A DNA stretch of 64,000 nt, taken from the NCBI GenBank assembly GCA_002633005.1, contig NMRA01000024.1:124001-188000 (forward strand). The letters are read 5' to 3'. Each line of letters opens with the position of its first letter. Position 1 is the stretch's first letter. Both the position numbers and the translations under genes were made by a program. Source of the stretch: Phoronis australis (Eukaryota; Animalia; Phoronida). Shown here in pieces: positions 1 to 13,400 of this stretch. The notes under the pieces are model-generated. The model made no database searches and was not told where the DNA came from. It was given only the letters and a program-made list of their open reading frames with translations.

Positions 1-338
1 ACCTCTGTAGGCAAAAGTTCTTTTGCAGCAGTTGTTTTCAGGTTTATCTAATGAGACAAACACTCGGTTGAAAGGACAAAACCACATTAAAAGAAGATAA
101 ATATAATGAACACTGTAGATGTAAATATAATGAAATAAACAAAAAGTAATCACAGGCAACTATGAAGACAAAAAAAGTACCAGAGCAACTACAAATTCTG
201 GATTGAATGCCTAGCCGAAGCTCAAATATATACAACAGCTCGTAACGATAGCTACAGCTAATTGAACAAACTAAGAGGTCTGTTTGACAATACATCATAC
301 TTATTATTTGTTTGTCAACATGACACGACTTGGCTTAC

Positions 339-3300
339 CCTTCGTGATTTGGATGGTTCTTATCGAAAGCCTCCTTGACATCTGAGCCCTTGTAAGCGAT
401 CATAGTATAGTTATTGGAGGCTGGCAGGTGGCGCCATGAGGGCTCAACCACAAAGACGTCCGTGGGGGTGCGGATCGTTGCCGACAACGCATCGTCTTCC
501 CAATATGCTTGCACAGAGGAGTGAGATTCATCTACAAAAGGTGTCACTACTGCAGTGGTATCCAAGGAACATAACTGATATGCTAATTACGGTGTTCAAA
601 CATTCAATAAACTTAACTTACCCCCATATTTCCAGCTCCATTAAGAGCAAATTAATTCACAGCAGTTTTTTTTTTCTTAAATGAACCTTGAGCGTTTTAC
701 AATATGCAAAAAGATGTTTTGATTTGGTTACAAAACGAGCATAGTTGTTTTGTGTATGCCCACAGCACATTTATGAATTCATAGCAATGAAAATAAGAAC
801 AAAACAGAGCACAGAAGTTGAAACCAAACAGGTTTAAAATTCAATTGTATTTCATCACAATTCACAAGAATTCATGATGCTGGGCAACAAATGATATTTT
901 AGGTCAACAGAAATTTTATCAAGAACCGTCGCACAAGATATCAAGAGTCTGTGGCGAGATAACAGTTGAGGTTTACTGGATTTACCTCCCCTGACACATT
1001 ATCCCTAAAGCCTTTTCTGAGCCAGAGGCATTCATTAATGGCAAGTCCTGCACAGTCTCTCATTGGTCATTGGAAAAACTATGACATCACAGGATGCAAA
1101 TTTTTGACTGGTCAATTTCTGGGAAACCAATAATGTTTTAAAAAACTTCAAACCCTTCATGTCATAAATTTCTGGTGTCATGGCATAGACATTTGCAGTG
1201 TCACTCTGGTCACATGAGGGCACTGCAAAGGAACTAACTGCTCTAGCTATGTAATCAATTCCATACCTTCATCGTAGCCCGTGTAAAACGAGCTCTCGTC
1301 TACTGCAAAGCGCTTTTCATTGCCGTGGCCATCGACAGCAACTGCTCTGAATGATGAGGACAATAACCCTTTTTGAGATTTAAGGAAGAGGTTGAAGTTC
1401 CTGTAAAAAACAAGAGGGATGAAGTGCAAAATACGGGCATTACATACAATGTCCATTTTGTCCAAAACATAGTGACTAACGTAGAAAATAAATCTGAAAC
1501 TAAATAAGGCAATCCAGATCCTCTCAAGGATACTATTGTTTCACGAAATGTAGAATATATATGTAAATGAAACAACAAGAATGGATCAACTGAAATTTTT
1601 GGATATAATGAAATCCTTCATCAAGAGAAACAGAAATAAAGTAAAATCAAATACTACATGACAATTGACATTTAAGATGTGGCGTATTTATTCATACCGC
1701 AAATATCTCACCAATTTAGGAGACAGCAACATGTCAGACAAGTGAAATTCTATTTTACGAATTTGGTCGCCCGATAGGCCCGAGTGTACCATGAATTTTG
1801 CACCCGTTGTAATAACATTGCACAAACGTCGCAAAGATGTAGTTTGACACAAAATCAGAATTCTCCACCAGTTGTAGTAAGAGGGCGCTGCATAGCTGTT
1901 TACTATGCACCCTGGTAGAATTCCCAAGACCTCTGTTAATTTGTTTAGCTAAGAAATGTTTGCCTGCACTCTTTTCAGCCAACTTACATATGGCTTAGAC
2001 AACCATTGTTTAGCACAGATAATGCTCTTGGTCTGGCTAGTAATCAGATTTAACAGCTGAAATTCCATTCGATTTCATACGATCCTGACTAATTGTACTA
2101 ATAGACAAACTTTTCCATTCAATATTTCTTTACCTAGAACTGTAACAGGGGGATTACTCAATTACTATAGGAACTAACATCAACTGCAGTAAAACTATTA
2201 CTATCAAATAATGATATTCTGGTGGTTGAATCATGAACTGAAACTCATTTGTCTGAGTTTCTTCTAAAAGGTTAGGTCATGACAGGAAATTACTGATAAA
2301 TATATCAAATTCAAATTTTCTTAGTTATGTTCAAGTGCTTCTAAACATTGAGTGGGTTACTTTATAAACAATGGACATGTGTTGTTTCAAAAAACTTCGA
2401 TTCTAATACCTTTCTTGATGTGTAGTAACTGCAAACTCCCTTCTCTAATAATGGACTAGTCCCAATGCCAACTAGTATCTGATTTTGTTCATACAACAGG
2501 TCAAGTTGACTTCTTGCGCTGTTGCCTTCAGTTGGGCACTTCCATTTTGGTGTCAGGAGTGAGGAAGAGTGCACTTTTTAATAAAACTACTTTTGGGTCA
2601 GATTTTATCTGCTCAGTCGTTTACCCACATCGGCGCCGTAGCTGTAGCCTATATTACTACATTGCAGCTTTGCACCAAGGCAACGTCTTGTGTTGCTGGG
2701 AATTCATCGATGTCAAAAGTTTCTTGGAAGGAATTTATTTTCTAAAAACGATACTAGCCCTAATAGATGGTGACATCAACGAATGAAACAATGATTTTTA
2801 TTGACATTAGCAGCAAGTGACGCAAACGGCTGGGCGACTGAACTTTGGGCTGGGCGAGCAGATTTTCTGGCTCACTCGCCCAGCTGGCCAGCGGGGTTTT
2901 GAAACCAAGGTGTATCCCTGTATACATATACATATGCTGAAGGAAGGCTGTAACAATGCTAACAAGCAAAACATACCTGCCCAAGGCTTGAAAGGACACC
3001 TTCTTAATGCCGTCTGCACTTCGTTTTGAGATTCTGTGATTGATGTCGTTAACATGCAACGTTTCATAGTGTTTCAGGACGTCACTTAGTGAAGCTGAAA
3101 AAAGAGAAATTTTGTTATTTCTCACCTACATTTTTATACCAAAATGCAAGGCAGCTTAAGAGGCTTTTCCATTAGGGAAACTTCAGTATACCAAAGCTTC
3201 GCTGAAACTTTGATTACCTTTCGCACTAGACAGCGATATCGAAGTTATCAATATATGGCAATTCTGTCATCTGATTAAAATTGCAAACAGTGCAGTTCAT

Positions 3301-6300
3301 TCGTACTCTCAAACAAGTGGGGAGCAGTGGGTTTCGAAGCTAACTAAAAATTTCATCAGATGTGTATTCTTTTATAAACTTATCTAGGAAATTGAAATGC
3401 ACCAACATAAACTGACTCTTCAATAACAAACAACATGCTTTGCGGGATATCTATCTCGCATGATCCTACATAGTTGTCGCGACCTTTACTGTTAACATCG
3501 CCAAGTTACGCTCTACTACACCACTTTTGGCGAGCAATGAAGCTTCACTTTTAAAACATACTATTTATAGCAAAGTCTCACTTGCAGATTACTACCGAAA
3601 TTAACCTTTCCCACTCGCCAAAACTTCACTAAAATCGAATTTTCACCTTTAGCAGGAAAGCGCTTTTAGAGTTATTAGGATTTGACCGTATTTAAATCTG
3701 CAATTAGTAAGAGTGTTTAAACTGACGAGATCAGACATGGAGGTCAGCCTAATGTATCCAAAGGTTAATACCCTTAGATGTGATGGTATTGCCAATATTC
3801 ATAGATCAATATTTGCATTAAATGAGAGTCATGTTATGTAACTTCCTAATGACATTAGCCTTCTATCACATTTAATGTCGTTTAGATAGTCAACACATAA
3901 TAGCAATTTGACATTGCAATAAATGAAAACTTGGCTATAATTTGAATTCACACTTACAGCTTTCAGTATAAATAAAACCATTGTGACAATTAAAATTTTA
4001 AAATTGCATGGGCGTAACTTTATCATAGTGGACAACTGCAATCTTTGGATTCATGTTCTTTCAACATTTTCACATTTCAAATGTTATTTTACCTTAAGTA
4101 AATTTGATTCATTTTCTATCAAGAACAGGCACAGACACAATAAAATTTAAGCAAATCCTGACAAATTCTAAAGTATGGTCCTTCCTGGATGGAATGAACA
4201 TGTTAAAGTGAAATACATCTTACCTGCGACAGGGCAAAATATGCCTGTGATTAAGGGATCAATAATAAATACCGTGCCATCGATATTTTTCAAAAAACAA
4301 ATCGGAAATGACAATGCTTTGTTGGCCTTAACAGTTGATTTCATTTATCATGCAACGTTTATTAGTCGTGATAATTCGTGATAAATTCTTATCAAAGGGC
4401 AATGTCGAGTGATCAAAAGGTTTTTCAACAACCAGATATGAATTCAACTCGAGCTAAATGGGAGTGTATCCTACCTTGTTGTCAATACTCAGCTCTTTAA
4501 CAGAGTTGAAGTTCCACAGGAGAGCTTTTCACCACTTGGTGAAATGGATATAAAGCAAAAGAATGGGAGAAAAATTATAGTTCGGTGTTTAAGTACTAAC
4601 CAAATCGAATTTCCTTGACAGGAAACCGCAAACGGTCTTACCGATAATATTTAGCCTCTTTTTACCTTCATCTAACAACAATGAATCGAATCGTCTGTCA
4701 TTTTCTACCCAAAGTTTTTGACCTTATGATGTTATGTTGCGATCCCGAATACCAAACAATGAGCTCAGCGAATGCCTTTAGTTCATGAGTTCACCGGTAG
4801 GTTGAAAAGTGCAAATGTCGGATTGACAAACAAAAATTAAAAGGTAGAATCTTCAAGTGAATAAGTTCTTTCGAAGGGCTTGATTTCCGTGCAGTTATAT
4901 TCAGAAGAAATATGTATTCATACGATCTCAATTTCGACATGTAAGGTTTAATGTTTGACCTGCAATTTGAGGGTGATGTGTATGGCACTCGATTCTATAC
5001 AGTCACTGTGCTGACTTCCAACCCTGTTTAGCGTTGGTTTACCGATTACCCATTTTGTTGCCCTGGACATGCGCTTCACTCTTTCGAATAAAATTAACTT
5101 CAAAAAACCTCATCCCGTAGACTCCATCACGATTTAACCCCTCCATGCATGTAGATGTTAAGAGCAGGTTATCACTACTTGGGCGTACAAGGTCGAGCCG
5201 TGTAGCCACCCTGGGTTAAAGTGAGCTGTACAACCACTCATCCTTTGACTGTCACCAGTATACTGGTGCAACCCTTGGCTCAATAATTCACACAGACCCA
5301 ATTTCAGCTATCCATACCAAACACAAATCAGTACACATTTCTAGGAAAGATTTACTGTAATTGGATGTACTAGTATGTCCGTTAATAAGGGAAATGACGA
5401 TTTGTCACGGAAGATCACAGCTTCAATAACTCACGAGAAGGAAAACCAGTTCGTGACTTACAGTGGTGAATCGACAATTACTGCTGACTGTCTGAAGTTC
5501 TTGACCTTTAACTGTCTGACATACATCCATGTATACACGGAACTTTTAGCAGTTCACAAATGATTCGAAATCATTGGAGCAGGATGAATGCTCTATGTGC
5601 AACAGCCAACGTGCCAATTCCAGATAACGTCAATTACAGATCACTTCGCAAAAATTTAACTTAACACAGTAACACTATGAATTTGGGTGATTAAGAGCAT
5701 TTCCAAACCTTCAATGAAGCAAATCTTTTTATGTTTGTTTAGTGTTCTTATTTCCTATCTCTTGGAACAACATAAATCATGCAAATAATGATAAAAATGC
5801 AATGAAAATCAACCTTTTTAAGTGAATTCCAATTTTTTCCCTATGTGGGAGAGGAACCCATCCCGACCTCCCCCAGTTGATGCTACGTTATGCATGACTC
5901 ATCATTGTTGCGAATTTGGACCCTTACGTTTCAAATCCTACGATGAATCCTGAAGCAGACTGGGAAGTTTCCCATTTTGAAAAATTCCCAAACTAGATGC
6001 ACAAATGAAAATTAAATAGCACTGAAAATTCCTAAACATAATTTTCTGAAGTTTCAGGAAATCACTATATGACTTCTAGACATGCTGTCGTAAACGTTAC
6101 ACTGTGGAAGTCAATTGTGGGTACTAGGTCACTCTTTCATGAGCCAAGTGAGCTGTTTTCTATCGCTTATAAAAAGTTATTGCTTTTGACTTAGGTGACA
6201 TCATTGCAAAATCCAGGAAAAATATCCTTATAACATGGTGTAAGCTTTTCCAGAAATACCACAGAGTTTCTACGAAAGTACATCAAATGTGAAAGGTGTC

Positions 6301-7296
6301 GGAAATGAGTACTTCCGCTGTAGCTTTTGGTGAAGAATTACAACTCTACTTTTTTAGTCGCTGTTAACTTTTTCATTGCGCGCAATAACCACAAAGTATT
6401 TCACTTGATTTAACATGAGTTAGGCCACAAGCATGAGACTAAGCGGATCGTCGGCTGACACTAGAATAAAGTATCAAAGGAAGATATCAAGAAGAAATTG
6501 TAAGATTTATGTCCCTTGGACATTTTTCTCATCAACTGATGTGATTTTGCGCAACTTCCTCAAAATGACAACTGGTGAGAGAAGCTCGAGAGTACCTCTA
6601 CATGGTACGTACTTTAATTTTAGCTCAATGTGTATATACGCACATTTCATTTGATTTGCAGTATTTTGAGATGAGTAACATTTTGTAGAGCCTAGAGGTG
6701 AATTGTCACCTGCGGCATTAACCTTTACATGGCAATGAAATTGTCTGGGTCTTTTTACAGGCAGTCGGATATTACCGACGCTGATTTAGAGAAGTAGCGT
6801 CAACCACAAAGTAACGGTCACGGGGGTATTATTTTTTAGTGATTGCTTGGTTTTCTAAATCAGGGTTTATTATATCCGACTTGTGCCCTTTTAGTTTTAA
6901 ATTGGCAAAAAGTTTCAAAGTTGAAACTGCAAACCGGAAAATACCAAGTTTTACAAAGTTAACAGCAAGGTCTTAAGTTAAATTGCTAATCCTTTGTGAA
7001 CCAGATCAATTTACTTAACTGAATCTGATTTCCATAATGGAGTACTTCAGTGACCTTCTGCTTCCCAACTCGCTGGGAAACTTGTTTACAATACAACTAA
7101 GCCAAATGGCACTCAGTGACTCAGTGCAAAACAAGAGACTAGATAGAGAAATTACCGTATCTACCATTTCGAGCAACAGCAGTAAATGGCGTTGAAAATA
7201 GTTCAGTTGCTACTTACCGAAACACGATGAAGCGGTATATATAATTACAAGTACTTGAAGACATGTGCTTATTTTGTTTAGTTTAAATTTTGTCAT
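339..7296 (-). CDS. ADAM17: ADAM17/TACE-like metalloprotease, 5' part (signal peptide + prodomain); gene continues beyond the left edge
   Basis: Exons 7296-7218, 3094-2977, 1400-1267, 531-339, all GT-AG and phase-compatible. Joined: MTKFKLNKISTCLQVLVIIYTASSCFA-SLSDVLKHYETLH..ISKRS..VSFQALGRNFNLFL..FRAVAVDG..FYTGYDEDESHSSVQA..VEPSWRHL..MIAYKGSDVK. This matches the ADAM17 prodomain pattern as I recall it (LSDYDIL..RKR..FSALKRHFKLYL..VVVDG..FFTG..IEPLWRF..MLVYKSEDIK). Confidence 0.9.
1579..1686. repeat. Dispersed repeat, second copy at about 9744-9851
   Basis: gaatggatcaactgaaatttt..agaaacagaaataaagtaaaatcaaa..tgacatttaagat is shared. Confidence 0.8.
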
Positions 7297-7690
7297 TATT
7301 TCAGAGACGATATTCTGCCCGCCCTGTTGACCTACTTTTCTGGCGGGTTCTGAATATGAAAACGAGAGAAATGTGAGTTGACGCTCGAAACAGCACAAGT
7401 TTTGCAAATGCAATTCTGGTGTTATATTTAATAAAATTGCACCAGAGTATCACATATATTCTTTGAATAACAACAGAAATGCTGTGGCTACTTGTTATTG
7501 AGTGGAAAAGCAAAATTTCTTCACTGAAACTAGTTATTTGAGCGCCCTCCTTTGGCAGTTTCACTCGTCGTAACAACCGCATAGCTCACGTTTGGATTTT
7601 TCCTGACGCTGCTTTTTTGCTTATCAAATATTTCCAGGAAAAGAGGTTGCTCATTGATTTACCGATTTCCGCGTTGTGGAGAAGCTGTAA
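7297..7690. promoter_or_regulatory. Probable bidirectional promoter region ADAM17/SPAG1, with a candidate non-coding first exon of SPAG1 ending at about 7686
   Basis: ADAM17 ATG at 7296 (minus). A strong plus-strand donor GTAAGT starts at 7687. The SPAG1 ATG exon is preceded by an acceptor (ttcatag, 10403), implying an upstream UTR exon. Confidence 0.5.
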
Positions 7691-8377
7691 GTCTTTATAT
7701 TTAAGAGCAGGTTAAGAAACGATTATTTCTGTTGACTTCAAGACAAACTGCAATCGCAAACATTCTACGATTTGGCACACTATGACTGTTTGACAAGTCA
7801 AGTGGCTCAGTGTCAGGGACTTTTTGTGTGATGATAGACATCACATAGCATAGTGATTAAAGTTCAAAGTCAGTGTACTAGTACGTACACTACGCTGTTT
7901 TCTGAAGCTCATGTGTAATACTAAGGAACAATACTGAGCAGCAGTCACGAGGAGTTCTGATAACAGTAACAGTGGAGTAAACGGGGGCATTGGTTGGTTG
8001 GATATAGAAATATAGAATTCTAGTGGTCCCAGATTTTGAGAACCAGGCAATCACTGAATTATGGGTCCACTTATATTGAGCGGATGAAACTGGTTCTCAA
8101 AATCAAGGTTGGCTATATCCAACCAGTGCCGTAGGCCTAAAGGAACCGGGTTCTCGGTAGCCAATTTCAAGAGGAATCCGTTCACTTCACTTTTAACCTG
8201 AAAACAGCCTCGAATGCAGATTTGAGCATTGAACCTTTGTGTTCGCAGCCAAATCCTCTGCTGACAAGCTGAATTACACTCAATAACTCATAGAATACTT
8301 CAAGTATATTTAACTGGTAAAATCACCAACCTTGACTTGAGTTGATTTAAGCGATGCATGTAAACCGGAAACTAGTG

Positions 8378-8451
8378 TAGACAGTGACCACGGTCACTAG
8401 CTGGCCAGTAGGCATAGACAGTGACCACAGTCACTAGCTGGCCAGTAGGTA
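8378..8451. repeat. 37-bp tandem duplication
   Basis: tagacagtgaccacggtcactagctggccagtaggca repeated twice with 2 mismatches. Confidence 0.9.
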
Positions 8452-9124
8452 TGGTCAAGCTCACACGCCGGAAGCTTTTCGGCGAATTATGAGTCACTGA
8501 TTGAAGTATCCAATCACGTTATAATGGTATTTTGCGCATTGAGAGACACATTATAGGAGACTTCCAATGGCTTTAATTTCTTCCAACTCAAACAAATACT
8601 CCCATAGTTAAACTTATTGTTCGAGCAGTCCTGCAGTTGCCCAAATTGGCCATACGAACCTGTATACAGCTTTTTGTCAGGTGAGTAAATAGACTAATGG
8701 TGACTATCGCCAGGCTTGGGGAAATGATTTTATATAATGTTTTTTAGAGTTGGAAAATAACAGTGCATTTTCTACCTTGCTTTATGTTTAAGTACTTAAT
8801 CCAGTTGGTCCCAATTAGATTTATTCACACAGAACTGTATTATGCTGCATATTAGTAATTGTTTCTGGGCCTACTCTAAATCCGTTCGTGAAGGTTGATG
8901 GGAGGCACTTTCTATAGATCTATTAGGCAGCCTTTATGACTCAACAGTGAAATCTTCAAATCTACATGTGCTTAACAATGCCGGGTATAACTGTTGTGGT
9001 ATTGTCAACTTGGAGAAAAGCTTATCATTAGTGAGGCTGATATGGAACTTCGACAACCAAAAAGGAATATTCGTCATAAATATGTTTACAGTTGTGAAAG
9101 CACAAAAGCATCTTTCGTTGTTCC

Positions 9125-9299
9125 AACTGACCTATAGCTAGGATTTTGAGTGACGGCTTGACTGACCAATCAGAATGCAGCATTCTTGACATATCTTCGT
9201 TTCCAAGCTGTCATTTTACTCGACAAATAACACTTTGCCGGGTAAAACTTATTGATTGTTTGTCAACTTTTTACATTGGGAGCTTGCGATAAGTCAGTT
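9125..9299. mobile_element. Solo copy of the same 175-bp MITE
   Basis: aactgacctatagctaggattttgagtgacggctt..ttgccgggtaaaactt..gcgataagtcagtt aligns by eye with 37573-37754. Confidence 0.75.
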
Positions 9300-9972
9300 T
9301 CTAATTCTCATGTACAAGATGGGCTGAGTTGAAATGGAAAAAACATAATCTTTTTCTCAGAGACATTTTGACATATTTGTATGAGTCGTTCAAGTCCCCC
9401 ACAGCACAAAAAAGGCACTTTGATGGCTTAAGGGTTGCATAGAACACTGGAGAATCTCACGTACTGCATCAAACCTCCATACGAGAATGCAGGACGTTGT
9501 CTACTAACTACTCTATCGCCATCTAGTGACAAGACGTATTTCATTGTTCCCACTATCGAAAATTGGCAATTGGAACATGTTAAGTCCGCCTATTAAAACT
9601 GACTGGCTGAGAGTAAAGCCAGCACTTGCACATGGAAAGTTTCTGGCAAAATATATAGTGTGCCTTCAATATAAGGTTTAAGAAACCTTAGAATACCTAG
9701 TGTTTGTTACACAGTGAATATAAATAGGTAAATAAAACAACAGGAATGGATCAACTGAAATTTTCGGATGTAATAACGTCTTTTGTCAACAGAAACAGAA
9801 ATAAAGTAAAATCAAACACTATATGACATTTGACATTTAAGATATGGTGTAATGAATATAATACATTTTTGCGTAAAAAATTCAATGATATACATAGTGA
9901 GCAATGAAATGGAATGGATAAATCTATAAATTTTTGTGCACCTAGTCATTGATCTTACATAGTGCAACCAGA

Positions 9973-10224
9973 GACCAGGATCTATTTCTCTGAACTGAGG
10001 GTCTAGACTTAGACTAAAAAATTAACCAATCACACACCGTTTATCAAAAATTAACCAAATCACAGGCCATTACTCAAAAAGTAACCAATCACACACCGTT
10101 ACTCAAAAATTAACCAAGCACAAGCCATTACTCAAAGACAAATTTGTAACTTTACGCAAAGGATGCAATACTATTGGTCAATTTTCGAGATGAGTTTCAA
10201 GTACAGAGCTTGGACCCTGGGTCC
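9973..10224. mobile_element. MITE-like element with four internal ~29-bp CCAAT-containing tandem repeats (10017-10136)
   Basis: Imperfect terminal IR (gaccaggatctatttctctgaact / agtacagagcttggaccctgggtc); unit aaaaattaaccaatcacacaccgttactc. Confidence 0.55.
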
Positions 10225-10278
10225 ACGGCTAATCATACCACATTGCTGGTACATAATATATGTCTGGATAGTTATTGT

Positions 10279-10292
10279 GTCGCCATGGCAAA
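10279..10292. promoter_or_regulatory. RFX X-box-like motif
   Basis: GTCGCCATGGCAAA differs from the GTNRCC-AT-RGYAAC consensus only at the last base and lies about 110 bp before the first coding exon of a ciliary gene. Confidence 0.35.
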
Positions 10293-10443
10293 ATCAATAA
10301 CATTGCAGATCATAAATTTAACGTCGTCTGTTTTATGTCACAGTTTCTCTTAACATGTATTTTGTAAATAAAATAAAACTGGAAATATTTACTCATTTCA
10401 TAGGTTTTTGCACTTGAAAAGAAATTCATTTGCTAACATCACA

Positions 10444-13400
10444 ATGACTACTCAAGATGTGACCAGTTTGTTAGGTGCCGGGCAGACCACCAAGAAATAC
10501 GACATACCTATTGACCATTTAGACTATGGCTACATTGAGAAGTGTTCAGATATAAAAGAACTGGAGAAAATACTAAAGATTTTGAGGTGAGTTAAATTAG
10601 TTACTGTGTTAACATTTTTGTTACATTTTTCCTTTTGATGTATAATAAAATCACAATTACTTGATCAGATGGGTTTGAAGGGGTCTGATTATCACTGCTT
10701 TTTGCGAGGGCTTTTTTACATTTCAAATTAATTACTTGGAACGTGTTCACAATTATACATTTATTCTTTGTACTCGACTCCTGCTTCCCAAAAATTGTGT
10801 GAAAATGTCAATACTCGTTATAGACCAATTTTTGCTTAAACTTTATCATCTGTCAGCCATAATGAAAATGCCAGGATCTTCCTGTCAAAGAATCATGGTG
10901 GTATTGAAGCTGTTGGTTGTTTAATCATCAGTTGACGTTTTAATGCGATCTATGCAATTATGTAAACCTGTGTGTGTTCAGGGTGCTAATTTTACAGAGT
11001 GGAGTTGAATCACACAAGCACCTCATGTGGGTTCGTCTTCTGTTGAACTCTTCACACCTTCATAATCTATTGGCTTTAGCCAAAAGTCAGATATCTGAGT
11101 ATGAAGTTGATATTGACTTGTAGCCTGCTTCCAAACATGCTGCTGACTTCTGTCGTTTTGGCTTCGAGTTATTTACAGATGTGATGTTGTGAAACAGCTT
11201 AAGCCATCCACAGACTGGTTTTTAACAAAAAGTCAAAAGGCAGTAGACTTCCCCTTGAGACTATGTACATTTACTGGGTTCCATTTAAATGATGAAAATA
11301 TTGAGTAAATAGCTCTTTTGGAACCAAAGAAACCGTACCTTGATGATTTGCTAATGTGAGGGGGGGGGGGTGCATCATTAAGATAACCAATAAGCTTTTT
11401 TCCAGAAACTTTCCAAAAATTTCTTTGTAAATGTTTTGCTGTGGTTATTTGCATCTATTGAAGATGGTGGACAAGAAGCGCTTTTTTCAATGGATTGTTA
11501 TGTTAATTGCAGATCAGGTGAGGAGGGTGTGTACCCAGAAATGGAAAAAGTATGCGAGGACAAGATAGCTTCTATCAATCCAAACAGGTATGCTTTTCAA
11601 AGCTAGTGTCTTCTTTGATAATTGTATTTGTGTAATTAATACTCTGTGGAATCTTTAATTTTGAGTACTGGTAAATTTGATGAGCAGTCGTGTAATATGA
11701 ACCTGATATATCCATGATTGTGCGGCGATAACACCATGTTTGTAATGTGAACTTAAATTGGAAATTGCGTGCTAATTCCTTATTATATGTGATTGTTTGG
11801 TCATATTAGTTAGAAACACAATATATAGCGACAATGTGAATATGAAGTAGGTTGAAAGTTGCCAAATGTTTTAAGAATGAGATTTGTGTTGAAAATGATC
11901 CTCCTTGAGTCATTCAACTGTATCTAGTAAGAATCATGACATGGTGTTGGGTTATGTGAGCCGGCGAGGTACCTCATTAGTGCAAAGGTCACCTGTTTGC
12001 AGAATGTTTTGTTTTCACTTTTACAAGTTGTCAATGAATACACAACTGTCCTTTGACGTTCAAATAGCATTGTCGTTTATTTCCTGCTATACATTAGCAT
12101 GGTTAGGAGCATGCAGATACATCTTTAAACTGTTTTGTAGCCGAGTGCTGCGGAAGTCTCAGCCCATACTGTCGACTCGAGATTTGGAGAAAGATGATCA
12201 AGAGAAATTGACAGAGGATCTCAGTGTAAGAAGCTCATGGTGTTCTGCTAACACTAAGACAATTACTTCTTTAATTTGGATTGTCTAAGTGCAACCTCTT
12301 CACACACTTTGGCGTGTAACCAGATGGACATATGACAGTTAAATAATTATTATGTTTGGTTTGATCTGACAGTCAGTTTGAAGACTGGCCTTCCGATTTT
12401 ACCTGAAATGAAATGAGTGATTATACAAAAGGTGCACTGAAAGAGAGCAGGTGTCTACACCGAAAAAAGGGGTTCAGTCAGATTTAAACTGACCCTGTGC
12501 TATTGACTCCTGTAGAAATTTAGTGTGCTCTTGGACATTTACTAGATAGTATATTTCTTTTGAGAGCCAGATAACAAAATTAATGAATGTTTAAAAATAA
12601 CATTTTAGTTTTAATTGTTTCTTAGTATTTGCGAATGGGTGACTTGGTTTCCTCTAGGGGGCACTAATAAATTAACTTAATATGATCATTCTTTTTGACA
12701 TGTGAATAGATTGAGAACTGACAGCTGTTCATCATCAGCAAGGGGGCATTAGTGTGATGAGGACACGTGATTTACCTGAATACAGGCATTTCTATGTTAA
12801 GTTAACTTGCGACACCTACTGAATTTCGAGGTCCCAGTAGAGCAAAAATCTTGCACACGTTATGATGTATGCACCTTCAAGATTTCAGGAAATATTGAGG
12901 TGGTGAGATAAAAAATCTTTTTTCATAAATATATTGTGGAGCATAAAACGGAATTCCTGACTTAAGTTTTAAGCCACTTTTCATGAAACAGACCTCGTTT
13001 GGTAGAAACAAGCAAGACTGACAACGTCGCTATCAAACTGTCTGTTATAAATTAGGTCATGCCTGCTGCAGGCTTGTAATAGGATGAGCCCTCGCTGTGT
13101 GAATGCTCGTTTACAATATTTGGGTACTGCCACCGAATTTAAACTCCACGCTGTCTCATTTTACCTTGAGATCAGTCACCAGGTTATTTGTAATGTAACT
13201 GGATGTTTATGAGCTGACAATTGATTTGCAGTACATTTGAAACATGACACAGCATTCTCCCTAATTGAGGTAGATAAAATCCCCATAATTAGGTTGTGGA
13301 GCACTTTGTCTAATGCGCTCATTCGTTCCTGTTTAGGGTTTAATTTTCGGTCCACTTTATCTTTTCCCATTCAGTGTGTTGAACCATCTTGTATTACCAT

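Noticed and set aside
4470-4700. Alternative ADAM17 first exon (minus-strand donor-like sites)
   Set aside because: No signal-peptide ORF; the exon at 7296-7218 fits phase and function.
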